IMG/VR virus record: IMGVR_UViG_3300044545_000147
DNA from: an uncultured virus (IMG/VR IMGVR_UViG_3300044545_000147)
Taxonomy: Duplodnaviria; Heunggongvirae; Uroviricota; Caudoviricetes
DNA: 64,000 nt
Direction: 5' to 3' (one strand)
Positions 50,028-59,593 of the stretch are shown piece by piece. Position numbers and translations under genes: made by a program. Position 1 is the first letter of the stretch. Every line of letters starts with the position of its first letter. The notes beneath the pieces were generated by a model. It was not told where the DNA came from and did no database searches. It saw only the letters and a program-made list of their open reading frames with translations.

Positions 50028-52237
50028 GTGGCATTGCATTAAATTTGTTTTTATTTCAAGAAAAAGCTGTTTTAAAATTACTGGATATGACAATGGATAG
50101 TAATGAAAAACAGACCATTGTCATGAAAGCACCCACTGGATCCGGCAAGACTATTATACTGATTGATTTTGTTGATGAATATTTGAGTAAGGTCAATGCA
50201 AACACGGCGTTCATCTGGCTTTGCCCTGGCAAGGGCAATTTGGAAGAACAGAGTCGGATAAAGATGCAGAAAGTGGATCCGCAGCGAAATACGCAGAATC
50301 TTTTCGATGCTCTGCGAAATGGATTTTCACCAAAGAGCACGACATTCATCAACTGGGAACTAGTCACGAAGAAAGGCAATACAGCGATTCGCGACAGTGA
50401 ACGGAAAAACCTATTTGACCGGATCTCTGATGCTCACCGTAGCGGACTGGATTTTATTATCATTATCGATGAGGAACATTCCAATAACACGGCTAAGGCT
50501 CAGGCAATTATTGATGCGTTCGCAGCTAAAAATATCATTCGAGTCAGTGCAACAGCTATTCAAAATAAGCGTCATGCTTTTTTTGAGATTGATGAGCTGG
50601 ATGTTATCGATGAAGGACTCATTACAAAAGCCTTGTATGTTAATGAAGGCATTGAAAACAATGCAAAAATTGATGATGATTACGACTATCTGCTGACATT
50701 AGCTGATGAGAAACGAAAAGCCGTTGCTGCCCGTTATCGGGATATCGGGAAAAATATACGACCCCTGGTGTTGATACAATTCCCTAATGGACAGCCGGAA
50801 ACTATTAAGGCTGTTGAGGAAAAACTCAAAAATATGGGTTATTCCTACCAGAATGGGATGGTTAGTAAATGGATGAGCGGTGATAAGAAGGATATCCCAG
50901 ATAATTTGACATCTAATGATGGGATTCCTGTATTTTTACTTATGAAACAAGCCATTAGTACAGGATGGGACTGCCCACGCGCAAAAATTCTTGTAAAATT
51001 GAGGGAGGGTATGAGTGAGCAATTTGAAATTCAGACTATTGGACGTATCCGACGTATGCCGGAGGCACGACATTACGATGATGATCTTCTTGACTTCTGC
51101 TATGTTTATACTTTGGATGAAAAATGGAAAGCTGGTTTGCTATCCAGCATGGATAAAGCTTATGAGACAAAACGGTTATTTTTAAAACCGAAGTGCAAAA
51201 CATTTACTCTGGAAAAGCAAACTCGTGATCTAGAAAAAGATGGCCTGGGTGAAAGAGAAGTGTTTCAGAAAATACATGCATATTTTATGGATGCCTATAA
51301 ATTAGGCCAAGATAAAAGGAAGAACCGTGAGCATCTTGTTGCAGCAGGATATCTTTTCGATGCCAATATTGTGGGTAAGGTACTGCATGGGAAATTCGTT
51401 AGAACATCTTCTGTCATAGACAATACTGCTGAGTATATAACTACTCGGAACCAGGTGGATACACATAAACATGGTATTCAGCTTCTTCATAGTGTTGATA
51501 TGATCAAAACAGCAGTAGGAATACCAACGGTTAAAGTAAAGGCTATATTGGAGCGACTTTTCCGCAAGGGACGCCGCAGTGCGCAGTGTAAGCTGTTGTC
51601 GTTGGATACGCTATATTTCTATGCTTTTATCATCAATAATGCCAGAAAACTGAAGGAAGATTTTCGTGCTGTTACTTCAGAAATGTTACAACAACCAACT
51701 TTAATTGTTACGCCAAAGTCATCAGAGTTTCATATTCCAGAACAGGATTTTTTCAAGTATGATCCTAATGTAAAAAATGAAATAGAATATTTGAGTAATG
51801 CATATTATGAATATACATCAGGCTTTGCTACCAGTAATATTCGTAGTATACCGGAACAATTATTTGAAAAATATTGCGAATCTATGGATGATATTGAATG
51901 GGTGTATAAAAATGGAGATTCGGGGCAGCAATATTTCTCTATCGTTTATTTGGATGGGTTAGAAAAGCAGTGGCTTTTCTATGCTGACTATATTATAAAG
52001 AAGAAAAGTGGAGATGTGTGGATTATTGAAACTAAAGGTGGTGAAAGTCACGGAGTTGATAAAAATATTGACATACAAATTGGGAACAAATTTCTTGCTT
52101 TTCAGTGTTATGCTAAACAGCATCAGCTCCATTGGGGATTTGTTCGTGATAAAGACAGTCAGTTGTATATTAATAATACATACTTTACTGAAGATATGGA
52201 TGACGAACATTGGGTTCCGCTGGAAGATAAATTCTGA
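50021..52237 (+). CDS. res: Type III R-M restriction subunit
   Basis: APTGSGKT, IIDEEH, GWDCPRA, QTIGRIRR, FYAD...IETKG. Confidence 0.9.
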   Translation: MVSGIALNLFLFQEKAVLKLLDMTMDSNEKQTIVMKAPTGSGKTIILIDFVDEYLSKVNANTAFIWLCPGKGNLEEQSRIKMQKVDPQRNTQNLFDALRNGFSPKSTTFINWELVTKKGNTAIRDSERKNLFDRISDAHRSGLDFIIIIDEEHSNNTAKAQAIIDAFAAKNIIRVSATAIQNKRHAFFEIDELDVIDEGLITKALYVNEGIENNAKIDDDYDYLLTLADEKRKAVAARYRDIGKNIRPLVLIQFPNGQPETIKAVEEKLKNMGYSYQNGMVSKWMSGDKKDIPDNLTSNDGIPVFLLMKQAISTGWDCPRAKILVKLREGMSEQFEIQTIGRIRRMPEARHYDDDLLDFCYVYTLDEKWKAGLLSSMDKAYETKRLFLKPKCKTFTLEKQTRDLEKDGLGEREVFQKIHAYFMDAYKLGQDKRKNREHLVAAGYLFDANIVGKVLHGKFVRTSSVIDNTAEYITTRNQVDTHKHGIQLLHSVDMIKTAVGIPTVKVKAILERLFRKGRRSAQCKLLSLDTLYFYAFIINNARKLKEDFRAVTSEMLQQPTLIVTPKSSEFHIPEQDFFKYDPNVKNEIEYLSNAYYEYTSGFATSNIRSIPEQLFEKYCESMDDIEWVYKNGDSGQQYFSIVYLDGLEKQWLFYADYIIKKKSGDVWIIETKGGESHGVDKNIDIQIGNKFLAFQCYAKQHQLHWGFVRDKDSQLYINNTYFTEDMDDEHWVPLEDKF

Positions 52238-52356
52238 TTAAAATCCGATATAATTGTGTTAGTTAAGAAATTGTCAAATGTTATGTAAAGATTGCGATGG
52301 AAAAAAGCTGAGAAATAATATTTAATTTGAGAGGGGTACTTTACCTCTCTTTTTAT

Positions 52357-52386
52357 TTGCAATATATAGAACATATGTTCTATAAT
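52357..52386 (+). promoter_or_regulatory. Promoter with LexA (Cheo) box
   Basis: TTGCAA-18bp-TATAAT enclosing GAACATATGTTC (52369-52380). Confidence 0.78.
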
Positions 52387-53128
52387 GAAAGCTGTAAGGG
52401 TGGTGATTTTGGTGGAAGTCAATAAGATTTATCATGGAGACTGTTTGAGTATATTAAAAGAAATGCCGAATGAATTTGTTGATGCTGTCATTACGGATCC
52501 GCCGTATGGAAGTGGGGGAATGACGGCAGCTGAACGTCAGAAAGATCCTACGGAAAAATATGAGCAGTCAGATAATAAAATTATCCATCGTCCGACATTC
52601 TGGGGAGATACAAAGGATCAGCGCAGCTGGATGCACTGGTGTAATTTGTGGATATCTGAATGCCAAAGGATACTAAAACCTCATGGATACTTTCTGATGT
52701 TTACTGATTGGAGGCAGCTTCCCGCAACGACTGATGTTCTTCAGATTGGGGAATTGATCTGGCGAGGCATCATAGCATGGGATAAAGGTGGAGGAGCGAG
52801 AGCGCCGCATAAAGGATATTTCCGACATCAATGTGAATATATAGTTTGGGGCACAAAGGGAAAGTGTCTCAAGAAGGAAACTGCTGGGCCGTTTCCGGGC
52901 TGTTATAAATTTCCAGTAAAGTTGTCGGATAAATTTCATCTAACAGGAAAACCGACGGCTTTGATGGAAGAGCTTGTGCAGATCGTACCAGTGGGCAAAT
53001 TGATACTGGATCCATTTGCGGGATCAGGGACTACGTGTGTGGCAGCTCAAAACAAAGAGCGAAATTTTATTGGCATTGAACGCGATGAAGGATATGTAGA
53101 GATATCAGAAAAGAGACTGGCGGGATAG
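52385..53128 (+). CDS. Orphan N6/N4 DNA methyltransferase (beta class)
   Basis: GDCL, ITDPPY, H.T.KP, LDPFAGSGTT; true start may be GTG ~52412. Confidence 0.9.
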   Translation: MKAVRVVILVEVNKIYHGDCLSILKEMPNEFVDAVITDPPYGSGGMTAAERQKDPTEKYEQSDNKIIHRPTFWGDTKDQRSWMHWCNLWISECQRILKPHGYFLMFTDWRQLPATTDVLQIGELIWRGIIAWDKGGGARAPHKGYFRHQCEYIVWGTKGKCLKKETAGPFPGCYKFPVKLSDKFHLTGKPTALMEELVQIVPVGKLILDPFAGSGTTCVAAQNKERNFIGIERDEGYVEISEKRLAG

Positions 53129-53142
53129 CCGGTCTCTTTTTT
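53110..53142. terminator. Bidirectional terminator between methyltransferase and integrase
   Basis: AAAGAGACTGGC-GGGATA-GCCGGTCTCTTT-TTT. Confidence 0.75.
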
Positions 53143-53158
53143 GATAAGCATAGTTTTA

Positions 53159-54751
53159 TTATACATTGATTCTATTATTTTCTGTTTTTCGTGGATAATA
53201 GAGGGAATATTTTCTTTTAGATTTCATGCGTACAGTAACTGGTTGTGTATTTATTCTTATATCTGCCTGGGACACCAATAAAGCCACGACTATCTCATTA
53301 TTGTAGACGGTAACACGGTCAATGACGAGGTGAAAAAGGACCTTGATTCGCTCAGGGTTCTTTTTTTGTTGCAGAATCCGCTGCATAAGATCGATGATCT
53401 GATCCACCTTCTCTTCATCCAATGTACCGACCTGGATATGATTTTCTGCATCTTCAATCAGACGGCGCACAGACAGAACTTCCTGCTTTGCTTTTGACAG
53501 CCGGACCTGTTCAAAATCATCGGAATCTCCTGATTCAATCAGATCATAAATGCGATCAAGCTTCTTCATGCCCTCGGTCTCCCGGCGCTTCAGACGCTTC
53601 AGCTCTTCTGTGTAATCTATAGATCCGCGGTTCTTCAGATTTTCTGTAATCAGATCTTTTATATGCTGTCTGGCATTAGGCGCCAGAAACATACTTTTGA
53701 TCTTTTCTAAAATGTGATTCTCCAGCTGATCACGGTCAATCATGTGACTGGGGCACTTTTCTTTTCCAATCAGCCTGGCACAGCGGCAGCGGTAATAATA
53801 ATTTTTATGGCCTTTTTGATTGGTAGTGGAATGCCCAATCATGGGAGCACCGCATATACCGCAGTAAATTAATCCGGATAAAGCATAAATATTTTTTTTC
53901 TGACCGGCGCCCGGACGGGTTTTTCGTTCATTCATCTTATTCTGCACCTCCTGAAACTTATCCTTATCAATAATAGGCGGGATGACATCTTCAAAAATCT
54001 GTGCACTGGGGTTCAGCTTATGATTATTTCGCCGTCCCTTACGGATTAATGCTTTCCCGATAATCAGCGTTCCCTCGTATTTCCGATTCCTAAGAATCTC
54101 ATATAGCGAAGAAACACAAAAAGATTTCCCGCGGCGGTTGCGGTATCCGGCATCATATAACCGCTGGAGAATTTCATGATATCCCATTCCGGATAAATAC
54201 ATGTTAAAGATAGAGCGTATCACAGGCGCTTCTTCTTCATTGATGATGATATGCTTTTCCCGATCAGTAGTATATCCGTAAGGAGGACGACCTCCAGTGG
54301 ATTTTCCCTCATAAGCGTTTTCCCGGAGCCCCTTCTTGATTTCGGCGGCCAGGTTGCGGGAATAATAAGCAGACATTCCGACCATGACAGCCTCCATCAT
54401 CTGGCCTTCAGGAGTTGTACTGTCTATGTCCTGCCGGCTGTACTCATACCCGATGCCTGTGTCCTGAAGGAGTTTTTTCGTGGTATAGTAGTCATATTCA
54501 TTCCGGGCATTACGATCGATCTTATGAAAAATAATTACGTCAAATAAGCCTTTTTTCGCATCCGCCAGCATTTGCAGATATTGATCCCGGCCGGCCGTCG
54601 TTGTTCCCGACTTCGCTTCATCGGCATATTTTCTGACGATGATATAACCTTTTTTCTTGCAATAAGCGGTACTGTCTCTGAACTGAGCAATAATACTTTC
54701 TTCCCGTTGATTATCAGAAGAGAAGCGGGCATATAAAGCGGCGCGTGTCAT
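53159..54751 (-). CDS. int: Large serine recombinase (integrase 2); last 35 aa encoded by prophage 1 DNA
   Basis: Close homolog of int1; reads through the att core. Confidence 0.95.
   Translation of the reverse strand: MTRAALYARFSSDNQREESIIAQFRDSTAYCKKKGYIIVRKYADEAKSGTTTAGRDQYLQMLADAKKGLFDVIIFHKIDRNARNEYDYYTTKKLLQDTGIGYEYSRQDIDSTTPEGQMMEAVMVGMSAYYSRNLAAEIKKGLRENAYEGKSTGGRPPYGYTTDREKHIIINEEEAPVIRSIFNMYLSGMGYHEILQRLYDAGYRNRRGKSFCVSSLYEILRNRKYEGTLIIGKALIRKGRRNNHKLNPSAQIFEDVIPPIIDKDKFQEVQNKMNERKTRPGAGQKKNIYALSGLIYCGICGAPMIGHSTTNQKGHKNYYYRCRCARLIGKEKCPSHMIDRDQLENHILEKIKSMFLAPNARQHIKDLITENLKNRGSIDYTEELKRLKRRETEGMKKLDRIYDLIESGDSDDFEQVRLSKAKQEVLSVRRLIEDAENHIQVGTLDEEKVDQIIDLMQRILQQKKNPERIKVLFHLVIDRVTVYNNEIVVALLVSQADIRINTQPVTVRMKSKRKYSLYYPRKTENNRINV
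53266..53277 (+). repeat. att core at prophage 1/2 junction
   Basis: CCTGGGACACCA identical to 63-74. Confidence 0.93.
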
Positions 54752-54778
54752 GAAAAATCAGCTCCTATCGAAAAATAA

Positions 54779-54873
54779 GGGCTGATTTGATATAATAGAA
54801 CAGTAATCAGCCCAGGGGATTGGGTGCGTTACAACCGGATCGTCCAGTGCGCCAACACTGGGCGGTCTTTTTT
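54779..54873 (+). ncRNA. Putative antisense sRNA unit upstream of int2
   Basis: TGaTATAAT 54788-54796 inside GGGCTGAT/ATCAGCCC; terminator hairpin with CGCCAA loop. Confidence 0.5.
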
Positions 54874-55435
54874 ATACGTAAATATTTCCATCAGAATCTG
54901 GAGTTCTGGTAAGTGCGCCTATACCTTGAATTAAGCCGATAATTGCAGGAATAAAAGTCCAGCTAAAGATAAAGAAGACAATACCCATCCCAATTTTCCC
55001 CGCGTAAAACTTATGAATGCCAACACCGCCTAAGAATATAGCCAACAAAGCATATATCACTTTATTCACGCGCTTTTTTCCAGTCAGAAGAGCTAATTCT
55101 CCAATATCGGTTCCCATATTCGGTACGGTTATATTAATCTGATTGATATTTCCCTTATTATTAGAATTGGTAAGGTCTGTTTTCTGGGACTTAGAAAAAT
55201 TCAATTTTGCAATGCCAAATTGATTAATAAAATCCTGATTCTCTTCTGTGCTGGTTAATTGATACTGCATAGCCACATCTGAGGCTATAATCTGGAGAAT
55301 ATTATCATCCGTAATTTTTACACTTTTTATGTCACTAAAATTTATGACTTGTGAATTTGATCCCTGATCGATCTGAATTCCTTCTTTGGTTACTGAAATA
55401 GTTTGATCGTGGTCTGTGGTAAGCATATTACACAT
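54872..55435 (-). CDS. TM2/NINE-domain membrane protein
   Basis: KVIYALLAIFLGGVGIHKFYAG. Confidence 0.85.
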   Translation of the reverse strand: MCNMLTTDHDQTISVTKEGIQIDQGSNSQVINFSDIKSVKITDDNILQIIASDVAMQYQLTSTEENQDFINQFGIAKLNFSKSQKTDLTNSNNKGNINQINITVPNMGTDIGELALLTGKKRVNKVIYALLAIFLGGVGIHKFYAGKIGMGIVFFIFSWTFIPAIIGLIQGIGALTRTPDSDGNIYV

Positions 55436-55450
55436 CTCCTTTTATAATAA

Positions 55451-55930
55451 TTATCCTAAAAATTTTTCTTTTCGTGTATGAGTTTGCGTTTGATCATTCT
55501 TGTAGCTTTGTAGTTTGTCATCACGATCGCATAATATTTTTACATGGTTAAAGAGAAATTCTCCTAATGTAGAAGGAATTACTCTTTGGGCCCTTCCTCC
55601 TTCTTCTTGATAAAGAAAATCTCCATTTTTTGAATATACGTCTCTTTCCAATGGAATAATGAAATTATTCGTGAAATCAAGTTTTGTATACCAAATCTCA
55701 TATGAAATTTTAGAATCAAAAGGAAATTCGAATTTCGCCCATACTGTAGAGGTATCGGTAGAGGGATCATATTGCATTGTAGCTTTATCAACATAAAGTC
55801 CAGTATCTTTATTTGAATCTACCCAAATCCATCGATCATCTGCTTGTACAGAGGTAAAAATACTGATGAATAAAAATAAAGATAAAAATCCAGGAAATAA
55901 AACAACTTGTCTGGCATACATTTTATACAT
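55451..55930 (-). CDS. Exported protein (surface-adhesin E-like)
   Basis: Signal peptide, RW.WV.S...YVD...VWAK. Confidence 0.6.
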   Translation of the reverse strand: MYKMYARQVVLFPGFLSLFLFISIFTSVQADDRWIWVDSNKDTGLYVDKATMQYDPSTDTSTVWAKFEFPFDSKISYEIWYTKLDFTNNFIIPLERDVYSKNGDFLYQEEGGRAQRVIPSTLGEFLFNHVKILCDRDDKLQSYKNDQTQTHTRKEKFLG

Positions 55931-55949
55931 CCCCTTTTCGCATTTACTG

Positions 55950-56552
55950 TCAAGGTAGCGGGCGTCGGATCTCTACCACTTTGCCTATCACATTGACGGG
56001 AAGTTCCAGTATTTCTTGATTGGTATAAAAATGGGGTGCATAGACAGAAGGATTCATTCCAATAAGGGTGATGCCTTCTTTTGATTTCTGCACCTTTTTT
56101 ACAGTGGCTTCATCACCGTTGACTAAGATGATAGCGATATCACCGCATTCCACATCTTCCTGGCAGCGTACGATTACAATATCATTTGGCAGCATATAAG
56201 GGGACATGCTGTCCCCCCTGATATGGAGAGCAAAGAATGAACCGGTAGCAGCCAACTTGGGAGTAATTTCTTCATATCCATCTATATCTGTAATGGCTTC
56301 AATGGGAATACCTGCAACAACGCGACCTAAAATAGGGATACGGATGCCTTTTTCTTTTTGGCTTCCAGTAAGGATATTCATATTTACGTTAAAAAAGTCA
56401 GCAAATGATTCCAACACTTCAAAACTTGGTTTCCTATTTCCAGTTTCATACATGCTTATGCTGCTTTTGGCCATTCCCATTTTTTCAGCTAAGTCTTCTT
56501 GAGTAAGTCCTTTTTGTATACGGAGTTTTTTTAAAGATTCAGCGAAATTCAT
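55950..56552 (-). CDS. CI-like repressor with S24 autopeptidase
   Basis: HTH + IPILGRVVAG, GDSMSP, ATVKK. Confidence 0.93.
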   Translation of the reverse strand: MNFAESLKKLRIQKGLTQEDLAEKMGMAKSSISMYETGNRKPSFEVLESFADFFNVNMNILTGSQKEKGIRIPILGRVVAGIPIEAITDIDGYEEITPKLAATGSFFALHIRGDSMSPYMLPNDIVIVRCQEDVECGDIAIILVNGDEATVKKVQKSKEGITLIGMNPSVYAPHFYTNQEILELPVNVIGKVVEIRRPLP

Positions 56553-56581
56553 TCAAAACACCACCTTATGGAATAATGTTA

Positions 56582-56662
56582 TCACGTAAAGTGAATAAAA
56601 TCAATAATAAAAATCACTTAAAGTGTTGACAAGAGGAGCAGGCTGATATACACTGTGAGTGA
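56582..56662. promoter_or_regulatory. Prophage 2 switch: operators TCACT-N3-AGTGA-like and rightward promoter
   Basis: TCACGTAAAGTGA, TCACTTAAAGTGT, ACACTGTGAGTGA (a fourth at 56892-56904); TTGACA(56626)-17bp-TACACT. Confidence 0.75.
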
Positions 56663-56682
56663 ACAAAGAAGGGAGGAGCTTT

Positions 56683-56889
56683 ATGATTGCTAAGAGACAG
56701 ACCATAGCAAAAAGATTGGTAAAACTGAGAAAGAATAGAACACAAAAAGAGATTGCAGATTCAGTAAATATCAGTGTATCGGCTTTGGCTATGTATGAGT
56801 CTGGTAAACGTATACCTAGAGATGAAGTAAAAGCCGCTATTGCTGAATATTACAATGTGAGTATTGAGGCACTTTTTTTTACTCCATAA
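56683..56889 (+). CDS. Cro-like HTH regulator
   Basis: TQKEIA...SALAMYESGKRIP. Confidence 0.88.
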   Translation: MIAKRQTIAKRLVKLRKNRTQKEIADSVNISVSALAMYESGKRIPRDEVKAAIAEYYNVSIEALFFTP

Positions 56890-56937
56890 GTACACTAAAA
56901 GTGAGAATTATTATACAAGCGGAGGGAGGAGAAAGAG

Positions 56938-57069
56938 ATGAAAATTAAATTTGTGAAATCAAATAATGCAACAACAAAAAAATCAGAAGATGCCATGAAA
57001 AAATTGGCAGAGACTTTAATTAGATGGGCTCGGCAGGATGGAATCTTACATAAAGGAGAATTTGATTAA
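56938..57069 (+). CDS. Small early protein (43 aa), homolog of 3913-4119
   Basis: Hand-translated MKIKFVKSNNATTKKSEDAMKKLAETLIRWARQDG; strong RBS. Confidence 0.6.
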   Translation: MKIKFVKSNNATTKKSEDAMKKLAETLIRWARQDGILHKGEFD

Positions 57070-57326
57070 TGAATAAGCCGAAAGGACACATGATGAGAGT
57101 CACATTGGAAACAGCAGGATCTCAAGCGGCAGCTATGACATCGGGAAATCAGGCGCGGCTTTGGATGATGGGGGTCCGTGCCCAGGAACAGGATCAGCTT
57201 CGGATAAAAGCAAAAGAAGCACAGGAGGCGGCTGAATTTTGGCGCTGGATGTTTTTCGGGATCGGTCTTCCAGCAATATTTGCAGTGATCTATCTAGTTT
57301 ACATGACTTTCCCGAGAGGGCAGTGA
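57069..57326 (+). CDS. Hypothetical membrane protein
   Basis: C-terminal TM. Confidence 0.6.
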   Translation: MNKPKGHMMRVTLETAGSQAAAMTSGNQARLWMMGVRAQEQDQLRIKAKEAQEAAEFWRWMFFGIGLPAIFAVIYLVYMTFPRGQ

Positions 57327-57505
57327 TGATTCGGTGCTGCCTGTGTGGGAAAAAGATTCCAGTGCATCGGGATTGCCCTAAGACAATGGCACGGTGGAAG
57401 GAAGACAAAAAAGAAAAATGCCGACTGACACGGCAATGTCAATCGGCACAAAAGAAATAATAACATACCAATATTGTATCACAGATTAAAGGAAGGAACA
57501 TAGAA

Positions 57506-58456
57506 ATGGCAAAATTAATTCTTAGCGTCAAAGAAGCAAAAGATCATGATAAGTGGCTGGAAGTCAGAAATATGGGAATCGGTGGTTCTGATGCTGGTGT
57601 CATTATGGGACTGAATTCTTATAAGAGTCCTTTCCAGCTTTGGATGGAAAAAACTAGTCAGATCCAGCCGGAAGATCTCTCGGACAATGAATATGTGTAT
57701 TGGGGAACAGTGCTGGAAGATGCAGTGGCAAGGCGTTTTTCTGAATTGACGGGGAAAAATGTGGCACATCGAGGAACGCTGCAGTCAGAAGAATATCCGT
57801 TCATGCTGGCGAATGTGGATCGAATGGTAGTGGGGGAAGATGCCGGCCTGGAATGCAAAACGGCCAATGCATTTTCTTCTAAAAAATGGGACGGTGATGA
57901 AATACCCGATTCTTATTACTGCCAGTGTCTGCACTATATGGCGGTGACAGGCTGCCAGAAATGGTACATTGCAGTACTTGTAGGCGGTAATCATTTTATT
58001 TGGAAAGAAATCAAGCGCAATGAAGAAGATATCCAGGCATTGATCAAAGCGGAATCAGAATTTTGGGATAAAGTGCAGAAAAAAGAAATGCCACCGGTGG
58101 ATTGGACAGTATCCTGCGCTGATGCGCTTAAAGAAAAATTTCACGATAACGGTGAGGAGATGGAACTTCCTGATGAAGCCGGGGAAATTTTGAAGGAATT
58201 GGATAAATGCCAAGATGCAGAGAAAGTTTTAAAGCAGGAAATACAGCTGCAGAAAAACAAAATATGCGCCATTTTAGGAGATTTCCAAGTGGGAAAGATC
58301 GGTGACAGAAAGGTCCTCTGGAAGTCCCAGAATGGCCGAGAATCCATTGATCTAAAAAAGTTAAAGCGGGCAGCGGATGGCATGTTTTATCTGCGGTTGA
58401 AAAATGATGGATTTATCAAAACAACAGCTCCTACACGTGTGCTTAGAATCTATTGA
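57506..58456 (+). CDS. YqaJ-family exonuclease
   Basis: Highly similar to 4754-5707. Confidence 0.93.
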   Translation: MAKLILSVKEAKDHDKWLEVRNMGIGGSDAGVIMGLNSYKSPFQLWMEKTSQIQPEDLSDNEYVYWGTVLEDAVARRFSELTGKNVAHRGTLQSEEYPFMLANVDRMVVGEDAGLECKTANAFSSKKWDGDEIPDSYYCQCLHYMAVTGCQKWYIAVLVGGNHFIWKEIKRNEEDIQALIKAESEFWDKVQKKEMPPVDWTVSCADALKEKFHDNGEEMELPDEAGEILKELDKCQDAEKVLKQEIQLQKNKICAILGDFQVGKIGDRKVLWKSQNGRESIDLKKLKRAADGMFYLRLKNDGFIKTTAPTRVLRIY

Positions 58457-58462
58457 AATATT

Positions 58463-58675
58463 ATGGATGCTCAGGAATTTCAAATTCTGCAGATTGGAGA
58501 TTATATATCAGTCAGAAGAGGAATGAATGTGCCTCCTCTCACTGGCATATGTGCGGACAAAATCGAAAGCAATATGGCTGAATCTATTCTGGTAAAAATT
58601 CATGTCAAGGGAAGTAAGCCAGTTTATCAATGGGCAGCAGCCTGTTACGTAAAAAAGGAGGAAAAATCGTTATGA
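58463..58675 (+). CDS. Hypothetical protein (nearly identical to 5714-5926)
   Basis: Two amino-acid differences seen by eye. Confidence 0.7.
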   Translation: MDAQEFQILQIGDYISVRRGMNVPPLTGICADKIESNMAESILVKIHVKGSKPVYQWAAACYVKKEEKSL

Positions 58676-59565
58676 AAACATCTGGTGGGTTGGCAAAAAA
58701 GCAGCAGGAAATTAAGCAGGAACAGGAGAAGCCATTGGGACTGCGTGCTCTGATTGCAAAAATGGAACCGGAGATTAGGAAGGCGCTGCCTTCCGTGATT
58801 ACTCCAGAGCGGTTTACGCGGATGGTATTTACAGCCCTTTCTACAAATCCGCAGCTTCTTAATTGTACTCCTGGATCATTCCTGGGGTCTATGATGCAGG
58901 CGGCACAGCTGGGGTTGGAGCCGAATACACCTCTGGGACAAGCGTACTTGATTCCCTATAAAAATCATGGAAATATGGAATGCCAGTTCCAGCTTGGATA
59001 TAAAGGGCTTATCGATCTGGTATACCGTAGTGAGGAGGTTACCGATATTCAGGCTCATGAAGTTTATGAAAATGATGAATTTGAATATGAATTAGGGCTA
59101 AATCCGAAATTGAAGCATGTACCTGCATTGAAAGACCGTGGAGATGTCATCATGTATTACGCCGTATTCCATACAAAGAATGGAGGATATGGCTTTGAGG
59201 TTATGAGCAAAGAGGATGTAAAAATTTTTGCATCCAAAACAAGTCAGGCTTATGCATCGTCTTACAGTCCATGGAAGAAATATTTTGATGAGATGGCAAA
59301 GAAAACCGTACTGAAAAAAGCCTTGAAATATGCACCAATTAAAACCGATTTTGTGAGACAGATGGAGACTGATGGAAGTGTAAAATCATCTATCTCAGAA
59401 AATATGACAGATCTTCCCGACGAAAAAGTTGTTACTATTGATGCTGATACACAGATGGATTTAGATGAATCTTCTCATCAGGGAAAGAGCGAGGGGGAAG
59501 AAATTCCATGGCCCGGAGATGAAGCACCCGCTGGTGTGGATCCGGAAACCGGAGAAGTAAAATGA
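58672..59565 (+). CDS. recT: RecT-family annealase
   Basis: Highly similar to 5923-6807. Confidence 0.93.
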   Translation: MKTSGGLAKKQQEIKQEQEKPLGLRALIAKMEPEIRKALPSVITPERFTRMVFTALSTNPQLLNCTPGSFLGSMMQAAQLGLEPNTPLGQAYLIPYKNHGNMECQFQLGYKGLIDLVYRSEEVTDIQAHEVYENDEFEYELGLNPKLKHVPALKDRGDVIMYYAVFHTKNGGYGFEVMSKEDVKIFASKTSQAYASSYSPWKKYFDEMAKKTVLKKALKYAPIKTDFVRQMETDGSVKSSISENMTDLPDEKVVTIDADTQMDLDESSHQGKSEGEEIPWPGDEAPAGVDPETGEVK

Positions 59566-59593
59566 TTACCATTCTATTCCAGACAAGGAGGTA

